Part shown: piece by piece, positions 37,380 to 50,187 of the stretch
Position numbering within the stretch: position 1 is the first letter of the stretch
How the letters are laid out: each line of letters opens with the position of its first letter
NCBI RefSeq assembly: GCF_037042905.1
Contig: NC_087245.1
Coordinates: 17,052,001-17,116,000, forward strand
Origin: Lytechinus pictus
Taxonomy: Eukaryota
Length of the DNA stretch: 64,000 nt
Reading direction: 5' to 3'
The notes under the pieces: generated by a model
Seen by the model: the letters and a program-made list of their open reading frames with translations, nothing else
Told to the model about the DNA's origin: nothing
Databases searched by the model: none
Made by a program: the position numbers and the translations under genes

Positions 37380-40300
37380 GTTCTCTTGCCCTCTTTCTTT
37401 GCTCTATCCACATTCACACTCCCTTTTCAATCATCCGTGCTCTTCCCATGAATTATTACATTGCACTACCAACCAAACCGCCCTTGTTGCAAAACGATTT
37501 GCAACCAAACCCATCAGAAACGTGCATTTCTATTTGGGACTTGCGTTTGAACGAATCTATTTCCAAAATGGTCCCTTGCGCAAATAATATCAAGTGATTT
37601 GTAAAAAAAAAAACTTTTATAGTTTCCCTCCTATTGCCTGGTTTATTCACATAGATCGAGAGCGGCTAATTTAAATTAATGCATGCCATTGTACGATTGC
37701 ACTGACATGGGACTCGAACCGTTTGGACATGGTATAAAGAAGAGCCACAATCACAATCATAACAGCCTTTATCACCTTTTTGATCACTTTCCAAATATCC
37801 AATCTTTGTCCCTGTTTCTACCCCCCCCCCCCGGCAGGATAAATCTGGTTCATGTCTCCCAAGAGTGATCTATTATAGTTATTCAGATAATATGCTTCCA
37901 TTCATCCATTCAAGCTACACAATGCACAAGAAAAAACACATTACAATAGATCGGTTAAGGGTAGCAATATCGCATTGATTTAATGTCCCGATGGCACAAA
38001 AGGCTTTCTCGGACAATAATGTACGAAATTTGAGCCAGTTTTCGAAGTGACATTGATTGTTCACCATGCCTATTTGATCACGCAAGCAACTAAACAATGT
38101 TGTTTTAGTTTTATGATATTTTATACTCCATATGTTATGAATGCTTTGTTGTTATTGTTTCACCCCTTCAATTTCATAGCTCTCTTTTCCCAATCACAAA
38201 CCATACGCATCATTTGAGCGAATATGCCAAATAATATAGCGTTAAAAAATTAATTTCCTTTGAATGATTGATAGAGCATTTTCCAAATGTTAGAATTGAT
38301 CCTAAGCCAATAAAAGTCAAATCAAAGTTAAAGTTAACGATATATAAATGTATGTTGATTCATTGTTTTTAGTGGATTGCCATCATCTTGAGTTACTTTA
38401 CACATAATTCGTATTCATGTTGTGTATTGCTTTCATATTTAACTAATTGCGCCACGTTTATAAATCATTGGTAATGTTCTTCGCTACCGTTAAATTATCC
38501 AACTTATTTCTGGTTTTATATACCTAAATAACGTAATGGAACATTAAATTGGTAGTATGTTTTACTCTGTGAGCTGTATAACACAAACTGCATTGATGTT
38601 ATCGTAAAAAAAAAGAGAAAGATTCTGATTTAACCATATAGGCCTACTTAAGTATTGTTCAATGCAATTATTATGATAGGTTATCTAGCCTGGTTGTCTC
38701 GATGATGCTTTAATTCAAAGTGGAAGGGTGTTCCTCGGTGCCCAACTTGTAGGGTCCTCTTGTAAAATTTACGTTTTCATGAATGAAATCAAATCACCAA
38801 ACGATATGTGAACGTAGATGGCGTCAATATTATTTATGCTGAATGAACGCCCCCAAACCCAAACCAAGAAGATTTTATGACTGGAGTTCCAACAGGAAAC
38901 AAATGTATTCAAGCAGCTGTTCATTTCTTAAGAAGCACAAAAGAAAGAACGGCAGTCAGTTTCAGTGAAAAAATCAGAGGAGTGAAACTTTACGAATATC
39001 CATTTGTATCAATTTTCCATCTTTCATATTAATAAACAAACTGACATTTGAACGGATTACAAGACATCAATAACCAAGCACTATTACGCCGAGATATTTG
39101 CCCAGATTATATCAATTAACCTTTAATTAGTGAAAAAAGTAAGAATTTGACCTTTACTGAAACCAAATCTTTTAACACTTTTCCGATCGTTTGCGGCGAA
39201 CGAAAATTTCAAATGTGGTCGGTGGAATATTGTTATTAATTATTGTATATATGCCAGATGAGTGTCCGTACATGCCCAGTCGAGTAAATTTGAGTCATAT
39301 TTCAGGACATATTGCAGAGTTTATTTTTGCATGCCTCCGAATTATTTACTACACATATAACCAGACCAAGATGCAGCGAAAAAGTTATTATCATCACGAT
39401 AGCATATTTCCCTTTATATATGACCTATAGCTGCGGAGCCATGCGGAAGTCATTTGTCTCCACTATTGCAAGATATGTTCAGCAAAGTGCAGGCCTGACA
39501 TACTTTCTGCAGGCGGTTTGTAACCTTGTTCAAACGGATTTTATTTGCTGTTACTCCATCTCATTTGAAACCTCCTTGCCCAAACGATTTTGTAATTTCA
39601 TGATTTCGAATGATGACAAGCAATTTAGAACCAAACGGTTCCCTTTGTCATTTCCTCCCAGTTCCTTTAAGATTTGTAATAAGGAAGGATTATCATAGTT
39701 CCACTTGATCAAGCGTGTGTTTTCGCTCGGACCACTTCGACTCCAACAAAAGTTGTTCGACCCTGCATTCATTAGTACCATTCTCCATTGTAAGACTGGT
39801 TTAATCCCGTCTCTTAGGAATACCTCTTTTTAAGATTGGCATTAAAGAATATATCGATCTCCAATATGTCAATTACGAGAAGGTCTATCGTGAATGGAAG
39901 GGTGTTTGAGGTCTGACGTGGTGCCGAAGGGGTAATGGGCGAAAACCCCTAAGAGTTAAATGCGGCCACCAATCAATTGCTACATATTGATGATTTCACT
40001 TTTTGAAACTGCTGCAATTGTATTTGAATATTACAGTGATATTTGAGTAGATGATAATCACTTCACCCACTTTAATTAGTGATCACCAATTATTACTGAT
40101 AGACGGCATTCCCTATAATGTGTGGGAGGCCTATGGATGGATTGATTGCCCAAACATATCAATCTAATCGTTATGTATCTACCATCTTACATTTAGTATT
40201 TATGTGCAAAGTTACCCGGTGATTTTTGAAGATTTATCATCGAAGCATATACTTATATAAGATGACGATTTTAAAATTAGGCTCAAAATAAGGTCTAAAA

Positions 40301-40939
40301 TTTGATGAAAGGGAAAGGGCAATCGATTCATTTCCACCCTCCTATAGAGAATCGAGAAAGTAATCTTATGTTTTTTTTTCGTTTTTTTTGTGTGCGAACA
40401 ATTATCACCTTAACTAAGCTTGGAGCCCCTATTAGTTCTCAGCTATCTAAACTCCAAATTTGCTACCATAAATGAGAAACCAGTACTGATTGTTGGGTGA
40501 GCTGCACGTGAACAAAACTGCTCCTGGCTGTCAGCGCTAAACACACACCCATCTTCAAATATTGGATAAAAACAGTTTTGTAGCAAATCCAATCCCTAAT
40601 TATCTATTGTAGTTCTTGCTGTAAGGTGCTTAAAATGCATTAGCGATCCATCGCCAATGCGATGTTGAGAGACTGTTCTTTTCCTTTCCGGATTTTCATG
40701 CCCCCATCCACCCCCCCCCCTTTGAACAAAAAATTAAGCAATCATAAAAGCGGAATATATCCACAACTTTGTAAGTTTCGATAAGATACCACTAAGTTGT
40801 AGATCATCAAACAATAATATTGTGTATTCATTTCATTGCCTCTCGTTCGCGAATAGCTGCAGCAAATCTTACAAGAAAAATGCGCCACCTTGATCAGTTA
40901 TTTCTACTACATTGGAACTTAGGCTGAATTAGTATTGAC

Positions 40940-41221
40940 AATAATTTTCATGACTTTGCAAAAAATGAGGAGAAAATTAGAATATTTCATATTTCATATA
41001 ATAAAATACAAAAGAAATAGTGAGTGGATGACGTCATAGTCTCATCATTTGCATACCAGCCAGGATGTGCATATAACTGCTTTGTGAAATCAAGCGAAAC
41101 TTTAAAATGTCATAACTTTCTTATTTTACAACTGATTTTGATGACATTTTCAGTGTTTTGCTTGTTGGATTTTTTCTTTTTATTCAAATCAACTTTTTGT
41201 GGGGGTGGACTTGTCCTTTAA
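40940..41221. mobile_element. Right half of a TTAA Kolobok-like MITE
   Basis: Ends ggacttgtcct|ttaa; similar to the right arm of 48537-49133 (gatgtgcatataactg...aaactttaaaat..cataacttt). Confidence 0.7.
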
Positions 41222-42625
41222 ATGATGTAACGGTAATTAGAAAACATGTACATTTTATAAAACCAAGTGCTGGCTTTGCGTAGGGCTTTTATGTCCTAAA
41301 CCTACATCCCGGAACACTGCATAGGAAAACCAAAATGTGTGGATCAAAATCCTTTTCCACGTTTATTTGGCTTCAAATGATCTCTTTGTGTACCCCCCCC
41401 CCCCGGTCATTTACTTATTATACTGTAGAAAATGGTGCAATGACCTGACGATACTTATATGGTTTCACTACTACTGGTGAAACGAATTATTTTCTTCTCG
41501 GATCTTCGAAAAGAAAGATTGTATACATTTTAGTGAATGAAATAAAGTTATGTATGAGAACGCAGCACTCATTTTTCTTTCTTTTACATTGTTTAAAACA
41601 TATTTTTAACCAGAAAATTAAATTGTTGTATTTTCAAATGAGTCTATAAAGACCAATTTGTTTGGGCGCTTTTTCTTTTTTTTCAGGTATGCCTTGAAAT
41701 GCTATTACTTTATTTACTGCCATAGCAACACAATTGTTTTTATTCTTTGAACCACACCCCCCCCCGGTTATGGCCGTCATAAGTCGCAGTGCTTTGAAAT
41801 AGGATTTATCTGTACATGCGAAGGAATGATAATAGCACCTGAATTTATATTTTATTGTAATGATCCCCACTCTATGAATAATAATAAAAGACTATTTCAA
41901 ATCCAATTTCCGATCTATGATTGTGTGATGATGAAGTGAAATTACTTCATTAAGTTGTGAAACTGTGAAAGTACTCCAAACTCCAATGTTTCTACAGCCT
42001 AATAAGTACATTTCCGAGTTCGTATGAACTGGGGCTTGTGGGGGTGTTCAAACGCAAGTTAAACAAAATAAACGCTCTTAATTGGTTTGTTAATCACATT
42101 GCGATTTTATTTGTGGAGTTGTGTTTGATTACAGCTTTTTCTGCAAAATGAATCTGTACATTCATTGGAAATGTATATAGGCTACTCAAATAATCTAATT
42201 GAGGTTTTTTTTTTTTGGGGGGGGGTGGTGTCAAATTCTTTGCCATTTTACCCGGCATTTTACACAATTTGTCCCTCTTGCTTGTATACGTTTGTGGTTT
42301 ACCAATCCTTCCTTGTCTCACAATAACATCATTTGGCATGTTTAAGAGGGTTTAGTGATTTCCCCTAAACTTTTTGGTATCATTTCCTTATTATGATACC
42401 ACATGCCCGTATTTCGTTTGTACATAGTTTGGTATTTTCAACATCCTTACTTTTTTCTGATACCATATTGGTCTTCTGAAAAAAATGATCAAACTATTAT
42501 CCCTTTATGATATTTGTATTCTAGTCTTTACTTTTCCCACGTTTTGTCCCTTATTTTGTCTTTTCTCAGTTTTCTTCCTCTGCACAATTTGCCATTTGCA
42601 GGAGTGGAATGTTTCAAAATATCTG

Positions 42626-42782
42626 GGGAGCATTTCATGAAAGGGCCTGTCAGACATTTCATCCGACAAGTACTGTTTTATCCGACCCGTACTATTGTAA
42701 CAGTGCCTCTCAGCCAATCGTAATCAAGGAAAGTTGTCAATCCTAAAAACTTGTCGGACGAAAATGTTGATGAAACGCTCCC
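42626..42782. mobile_element. MITE with CWG TSD
   Basis: TIR gggagcatttcat / atgaaacgctccc; CTG on both flanks; CCAAT 42714-42718. Partial relatives end at 50674 and 59531. Confidence 0.75.
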
Positions 42783-42974
42783 CTGATCTCAAGTGAAAGT
42801 CTGTGTGCGGGGGGGGGGGGGGGGGGGGGGTCAAGGCGAAGATGGTGGAAAGATGTTATAAAATGAGCTAAAAGTTAGAACATGGATGTTCTCTAGACAT
42901 CCTGGAAGAAAATACAGTAAGGTCTATAGGCCTTCCACCCAGGGTCATCAGCGACACAAGGTATCCAAGCAAAC

Positions 42975-43454
42975 AGAGAGTTTTCGCATTCACGACGCGA
43001 CTGCTCTCTACAACGCACCAATTCCTTGAAAATGCAAGTCAAATCACAATGGAGATCTGAGAGGCAGTGGTTGGTGGACCGGGACACCAGATCATCTGGA
43101 GATTCGGACCGGACGAACAATTGCAAATATGTCGTTGTCCAGAGTCACGAGACGACACTGCTGTCCAGGTGTGTGTTTCATAAAGCTGTTCGTAAAGTTA
43201 CGAACGACTTTACGCACGACTGGAACATGTTCTTAGGTCATAATTCAATTACATAGAGATATGACACAGCATAAGAAAGGATCACCAGTCGTGCGTAAAG
43301 TCATTCGTATCTTATGAACAGCTTTATGAAACACCCACCCGGTCCACCAACTTTCGACAAAAGCCTCTCAGCTCTCCATTGTGATTTGACTTGCACTTTC
43401 AAAGGAATTGGTGCCTTGTAGAAAACGGCCGCGTGGTGATTGCGAAAACTTTCT
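42975..43454. mobile_element. Long-armed palindromic MITE containing a second palindromic MITE (~43168-43339)
   Basis: Outer arms of ~100 bp (agagagttttcgcattcac...gtcaaatcacaatggaga / tctccattgtgatttgac...gtgattgcgaaaactttct); inner arms gtgtttcataaagctgttc...tttacgcacgactgg / ccagtcgtgcgtaaa...gaacagctttatgaaacac. Confidence 0.85.
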
Positions 43455-44474
43455 AATCAACAAATAAAGGTTCCCCTTTGCCTGACTTCCAATACCAGTG
43501 CCGACTATGGGTCAACATGGGCAATAGGGCCATATGAATCTGAGTGTCTTTTGAAGCATGATGAACAGTATTGCGACACCATACTTTTAGAAGTAAGGAG
43601 GCGATGACACCCTGTACCGCCACCGAGGAAGCTTTGGGGTGGGATGCAGCAGGGGGGGGGGGGGACGAGGTTGGGGAGCAATGCATGGTTCAGTGAACAA
43701 TGAAGACGAGACTGGAAATGCAAATATTGTGATCATGTGATACATAATCATCCGATGATTCCACTAGGAGCGATCATCAAAGGGACCAACATGGCGTCAT
43801 TGATGTGTAAATTGTGGATTAAAAGTTACAAATATAAAAGAGTAAGGAAAGACGGCGAGGGTAGGGGGGGGGGCTGAGAAATCGAGTGGAGATGGAAAGG
43901 AAAGACACTTGTTACACTATGAACGTCAAGTTGTAATTTTGATTGCTTCACTCGAAGACACTATCTGTACAGACAATCCTAACGACTCTAATTGAAATAT
44001 ACTCATCACCGGCCCCAAACGTTTTCAGCTAGAACCTAAACAATGACTACATTCTCATTAAAAAGTAATTATCTTGACGTGTATCCATAGCATGTTTATT
44101 GATAGGGAAAGCGGGGTGAGAATTATACAATAATTGTTGTGATTACATTCCCTTCAGAAGGGTTGACAGTGATTTATCAATAGAGGGAGACTATAAAAAC
44201 AAATGAAAAATTAATGATAGTTTATAGGGATGACTCTCTCCGTCAGACCTGTAGCAGTTGAAAATGACGAAGACAAACAGAAAATGATGACTGATATTTG
44301 TACCAACAGGAGTGAAATGAAGATAAAACAGGATGACGTAAAAAAAATGCTGGTTCAAAATACCACAATTTCCTGGAGATCGATCGCTTCGCTCCCATAC
44401 ACAATAATGACGCAGTTGGCATGGAAGGGGTGGCACTGCTTCAATTTTTTCTCCGGGTGCAATATACAATTAAA

Positions 44475-45120
44475 AGGGGAAGTTCACCCTGATAGACAGT
44501 TTTTTGTAAAAATAGCCGAAAAAATAATTAAAAATATTGCCGAAGGCTTAAGAAAAATCCATCAAAGAATTCAAAAGTTATTAGAATTAGAATTATTTGA
44601 TTTGTGACGTCTTATGCGAGCAGCATTCCGACATAGCGAATGGTAAACAAATCAATGAAATGATTTTTACTGTACCTTTTGTATATCAATAGACAAATCA
44701 TATCACACCGGATCATGAAAAGGTAACAAATATAAGTCATCAGGAACAATAAAAATGACATTCTTGGATTTTATATTACATAACTTATTGGGCACCTGCT
44801 CGTTTATGACGTCACAAATCCAAAACTGAAAATTATAATTAATAACTTTCTTAATAGTAAATAAAGAGGCTCTAATAGGAGGAAATTATAATTTGTAAAC
44901 AAATGTTCGGTATTACTCCTATGTGTTTCATGCTCGATCTTTAATGATCATAACGATCATTACAGATCGAGCATGCGATCTTAAACACATATGAGTAATG
45001 CCGAAAATTTGTTTACAAACTTTCTTAATCTTTAACGGATTTTCTTTAACCTTCACCAATATTTTATATTATTTTTTATGCTATTTCTACAACAAACTTT
45101 TTTCAGGGTGAACATCCCCT
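44475..45120. mobile_element. TTAA-type Kolobok-like MITE with a hairpin insertion in its right arm
   Basis: TIR aggggaagttcaccctga / tcagggtgaacatcccct with ~150-bp imperfect arms; TTAA-like flanks. Confidence 0.85.
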
Positions 45121-46462
45121 TAAAAATAACAAAAATTAAATTAAAAAAAAATGCATAGATACACCACAGGGGGGGGGGGGGGCGGGTACGTGTCATTTCC
45201 AGTTGATTTTATTCCATGTGAATGGTTTCTAACTTTTTGAAATACAATATATTCAAATATAAATCATGTATTTTGGGGACCGATATGCCCAGTTCTATGT
45301 GAAGGTATTCTTGAAAAAGTGAATGGCAAAGATATATATCGTGATTAGAACTGTTTAATGATAATATCAAAAGTAAATTATGTGCAGGTGTATGAGTTTA
45401 TGAGGGAGGTGGTGGGGATGGGGTAGGAGGGAGAACCCGGGGGAGAAGAGGATGGTAGGGGGCCTTTAAATACCACCTGACCTATTCTGAAACCACATAA
45501 TAACGTCTGCACGTGACGTAAACATACGAAGATTGCGCACATGATGAGAAATAAATCACAGCTAGTACATGTACTATATGCCAATCGCTATTTTCTTTCC
45601 TTCAATTTATGGTCTACTTTTGAGAGTCGCTGCCTGCTAGAAGTTCCCTCTATTCTTCATCATGGTTGCCAGACAGTGTTGATTAATTACTATCTGACTG
45701 TGAACTGACAAGCTACTGTATGCTTCCATGTTCGCAACGAATAAATATTACCTCAGACAGGTATACTATCGACTTAACATCTTCCCGGGAGAGGGAAGTC
45801 TTTGGATCTCAGGAAGCTGGTATATCTATATTATTTTGTCAGGTAGATTTGAAGATTTAATATAATTAATATCCTGATAAAAAAAATTGACGTATGATTA
45901 AAGTGTGACTTTACTCCATCAATCCATCTAGACGTGTTTTTCACGACTGTTTCAGAAACGGATTTTGAATTCTCTTTTTTGTCACATCATGGGCACTGAC
46001 GAAGAGTGTGACCTTACCTTTCATTTTTGAGAGCTATGCTCCTTTAAAATCTACGATTTTATTTATACGGCATTTACTAAACCTTTTGTGATTATTTTAT
46101 TCCTTATGCCGAAGCAGACTATTTCTATATACTTATATATATATATATATTTACTGGTTTCGATTGGTGATCAAAATAGAAGATTTTTTTCTTCTACAAA
46201 ACAGACAATGATCGGAATTGTAATAAGGCGTTGATGTGTGTAATGATTAATCTGACATAGTGGTAATGATTAGAGGATAAAGAGGATTAAGAATCAGTTG
46301 GTGCAAGGCGTGGTAATTTCTTGTCATCGTCATCACAGCTGGACAAGGGGGGGGGGGGCGGCGAAACGACCTTCTACCATTGGCTGCTATATAAAATTTA
46401 GAATTCGGGGGGGGGGGTGGGCATGTCCCTCATCCGTTCTCGCCAACCATGGTTGGTAAAGT

Positions 46463-46739
46463 CAGTAGCGTGTTGAGCCAAAAATGTTGAGGGGCAGAAC
46501 ATGACGTATGAGGACAAATTTCTAAAAATCGCGAGCGAGCAAAAATGTTGACCTTTTTAAAATGTTTATAATGATGCTTTGATGGATTTCGAAACGATAA
46601 TCAGAACACGATATCATATTTCACCCTTTTCCTTTCCTTTTTTGGTTTATAATTTCTTCTAATTATTTTGTTTTCTTGGTAGTGGAACTTATGGGGTCTA
46701 GTGCCCCCAACCCCCCGCCCCTCAATCTGTATACCAGTG
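46463..46739. mobile_element. Decayed hAT-like MITE ending 39 bp upstream of an MLCK exon
   Basis: Ends cagtagcgt / ataccagtg; flanks ggtaaagt/gttaaatt (6/8); gcgagcgagc core as in the related elements. Confidence 0.55.
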
Positions 46740-46778
46740 GTTAAATTCTAAACCACTTTCATTTTACTTTTCTCGAAG

Positions 46779-46982
46779 GGGGAAATTTGGCATCGTCTAC
46801 CGATGTGAGGAGAAGTCTACCGGTAAGACATGGGCGGCCAAGTACGTGAAGACGATCAGGGCGAAAGACAGAGAGGCCGTCCAACGGGAGATCGACCTCA
46901 TGGCCGAACTCGAACATCCTTCTCTGATGGCCCTCATCGATGCCTACCAATCATCCAGACAAACTGTCATGATTCTTGAATG
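46779..46982 (+). CDS. MYLK: MLCK exon, subdomains I-V (GKFGIVYRCEEKSTGKTWAAKYVKTIRAKDREAVQREIDLMAELEHPSLMALIDAYQSSRQTVMILE)
   Basis: Completes GKGKFG; AAK catalytic lysine; alphaC Glu (REI); AG acceptor 46777-46778 and TG|gtgaga donor; phase 2/2. Not in the ORF track on this strand. Confidence 0.92.
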
Positions 46983-48259
46983 GTGAGAAAAGCTTTGTCC
47001 ATTGACAGATGATGTTAATAAATCCAAACTAATTCTCTTGCAATCAATTTGATCCTTATTTGGAACACGATCAGATTCTTATCGAAGTACAGAAAATCAA
47101 ACGATCGTAAGTTTTCTTCAAGTTCATGATTACCAATAAGTGGAAATTACAGGATCTATCTCGTTAAGTCATCGGTTACACGACATTTGCTCCTGTCTTA
47201 ATATTTAGGATTGTAATAGAGTTTTTTGTTCAGAATAATGTAAAAGAAATGATTAGGGTTTATTTAATTTTGGAGTGTAGATTTTATGTTTGGCTAAACG
47301 TACATAATTATTTTCTATCAGAGCAATTGTTCCCGGAGAAAAGGATATGAACCCTCTTCCTTCCCTTTTCAACAACTAGATATTTTTAGTTGCATGTTAT
47401 CAAAAATTGATCAATGGTAACAGATACCAAAGAATACATAAAATTATGTCTAGGATTGTCGGGCATTTCAGGATTAATTGAAGGGGGTCGAATATAAGTT
47501 GACGTGCATGGTTTCTTCCGGGTGATTGGATAATCATGAAAGATGACTTGTTTTTATGCCACTTGATAACTTTTTATAACATGCAACTAAAAATGTATAG
47601 ATGTTAAAAAGGAAAAAAGGTGTGATTTTTAGAGATGTAGGCCCCCTTGTAGGCCATCCGGCGTTTTGATTGATCCGAGCAGTTCACCCAACTGGAATCA
47701 CGCCAGCTACGGCGACATGTGAATGCAAGGAATAAAGATCGGAAATAGGTGCACTCTGACTCTAACCCATTTAGCTTATTGTTAAAAAAAAAGTGTAAAA
47801 TGGTCACTACCTCTTTGAACCCAAGAAATCATTAGATCGAATGAAAAAGAATGCCGACTAATTTTTATACACCATAAACTATTTAATTGGTCGTGTAATT
47901 GAATTGCAGACAAGGGAACCTACTCTAAACTTTTCTCTCCATTTTTTCATTTGGGGGGTTTCCTTTGTTTGTGATTGTTTTTGTTATTGTTATCACATCA
48001 GTTAATAACGATGCACAAATAACTGAAGTAATAATTAATATGCACTGTTTATTTTACTTGTGTTAAGTTGTATTTTGGTTCATGGAGCTGATGGTCAAGT
48101 GTCAGATATCATAGCCCGCCACCCCTCCCTTCCCCTCCCTTCCCCTCTTCAACCCGAAAGGTACCAGTGTTTACGTACATGGGGTATGGATATGAAATGA
48201 AATGATTATTTTTCTATTAAAGTTCTGATTTATGATATTTCTTTTTATTCAATGAGCAG

Positions 48260-48497
48260 TATTACTGGAGGAGAATTATTCGAGCGGATAGTGGACGATA
48301 AGTTTGACCTCACAGAGAGCGAGGTCATCAGCTACATGAGACAGATCTGCGCAGGCGTACAGCACATGCATCACAATAACATCATGCATCTTGATCTAAA
48401 ACCGGAGAATATCATGTGTGTGAACCGAACGGGCTTTCAACTCAAGATTATCGACTTCGGATTGGCTAGGAAGTACGAACCTAACAATGAGCTCAAG
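48260..48497 (+). CDS. MYLK: MLCK exon, subdomains V-VII (ITGGELFERIVDDKFDLTE...HLDLKPENIMCVNRTGFQLKIIDFGLARKYEPNNELK)
   Basis: GGELFERI, HLDLKPEN and IIDFGLAR are hallmark MLCK-family motifs; cag acceptor; AAG|gtagtt donor, phase 0. Confidence 0.95.
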
Positions 48498-48536
48498 GTA
48501 GTTATCATAACGACAATAAGATCATAAAGACCTTAA

Positions 48537-49133
48537 AGGGATGGTCCAGGCTGGAGATATTTACATATCAATAAATAAAGTAAAATTCACAATGCAAAAT
48601 ACTGAAAATTTGATCAAAATCGGATAACAAATAACAAAGTCATTGAATTTTAAATATTTGCATTATTCCGGTGAAACAGTTCTATAGGCATGTCTTTATG
48701 AATATTCATTACCTGGGCTGATGATGTCATCCTCACTTGTTCTTTTGTATTTTATTATATGAAATCAGGTTTATTCTAAATTCTTCTACCATGACCAAAA
48801 ACAATTGGATTGACATTAAGTGCATTAGTTATTTATTGCCGTAACTTATTTCATCATAATTGAGACACATCATTTACACATGTATGAAATATTGAAACAT
48901 TTCCAATTTCATGTAATAACATAAGAAAAAGGAAAGTGGGGATGTGACATCATCAGCCCACCTAATGTATGTTCATGACGATGTGCATATAACTGTTTTC
49001 ACAAAATATTGATAAACTTTAAAATTCAATAACTTTGTTATTGGTCATCCGATTTTGATCAAAATTTTAACATTTGCTCTGTGAATTTTACTCTATTTAT
49101 TTAGATATAAATATTTTCAGTCGGACCATCCCT
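48537..49133. mobile_element. TTAA-flanked Kolobok-like MITE (597 bp)
   Basis: TTAA 48533-48536 and 49134-49137; TIR agggatggtcc / ggaccatccct; ~190-bp imperfect inverted arms. Confidence 0.88.
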
Positions 49134-49532
49134 TTAACGAAAACATAAGCTGAAATAGACAACACTTTATGAAATTCCTGAATATTATACAACTCTTAAA
49201 CTAAATAATAAAATCACGTTTATTTTGATCAACAGTATTTTTAGAAAGTCTGTTTTACAAATGATGATAATTACAGTATATACAATTGTAATTCGCCATA
49301 TCCATATTTTATATTTGAATGATAAAGTGATCTTTTTAAGAGAACGAAGGAAAGAGAGAACATGAAAAGCTGCATTCACGAGATACGTTTTTCAGTTGAA
49401 CTGTTGTTACGAATTTCTGGAGGCAGGCCCCGCAAGAGCAAAAACTTTGTATGCGTTTGGATACAACTAGAGATCCAGGAACTGTGTTTTCAATGTGTTT
49501 TTTCCTTCTCAATTGTTTTACCTTATCTACAG

Positions 49533-49636
49533 GTTTTGTGTGGAACGCCAGAGTTTGTTGCCCCTGAAGTAATCAGCTTTGACGCTATAACCCCACTTAC
49601 AGACATGTGGAGTGTTGGGGTCATCTGTTATGTTCT
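49533..49636 (+). CDS. MYLK: MLCK exon, subdomains VIII-IX (VLCGTPEFVAPEVISFDAITPLTDMWSVGVICYV-L)
   Basis: GTPEFVAPE and DMWSVGVI motifs; tacag acceptor; CT|gtaagt donor. Confidence 0.95.
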
Positions 49637-50034
49637 GTAAGTATATAAACCACTGAACACAATCGACATTTATTTTTAATGATCTTTTTTTTTTATAGAG
49701 TTATCATGATTTGTTTCGATGTTTTGCTTGTATGATATGTGTGTGTGTGTATTCATATTTCTTGCATTTTCAAAGTGATTACTTTTTTTCTACTTTTGTA
49801 CTTTTTGATGAAAATCAATTCTCACAATGGTCAGTCATTCTTCCACCTTATTATTTTTTCTCTTCACTCGACGTTTTCTCTTCTGTCTCCCTCCATCTCT
49901 CTTCCCCTTTCTCCTCCTCTCCTCTCTCTCTCTACCCCTATTCCTTTTTCTTCATCCTCCCCCCTCTCTCTCTCTACCACTATTCCCTTTTCTTCATTCC
50001 TTATGCAATCTTTCTGTACCCCTCCCCTCATTAG

Positions 50035-50187
50035 ACTGAGCGGATTGTCACCTTTCCTTGGAGACTCGGATACAGAGACTTTGAACAACGTCACAGTGGG
50101 CGAGTGGGACTTTGAAGACGAGGCATTTGATGGTATCTCCAACGGGGCAAAAGAGTTTATCTCAAGCTTACTGGTCAAAGATCAAAG
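50035..50187 (+). CDS. MYLK: MLCK exon, subdomains IX-XI (LSGLSPFLGDSDTETLNNVTVGEWDFEDEAFDGISNGAKEFISSLLVKDQ-R)
   Basis: LSGLSPF.GD.D.ETL.NV...WDF.DE.F..IS..AK.FI..LL is typical of MLCK; long pyrimidine tract plus ttag acceptor; AG|gtaaca donor. Confidence 0.95.

Noticed and set aside
46759..46950. Minus-strand ORF (also 56397-56582 and 1489-1752)
   Set aside because: Antisense shadows of real + strand exons.
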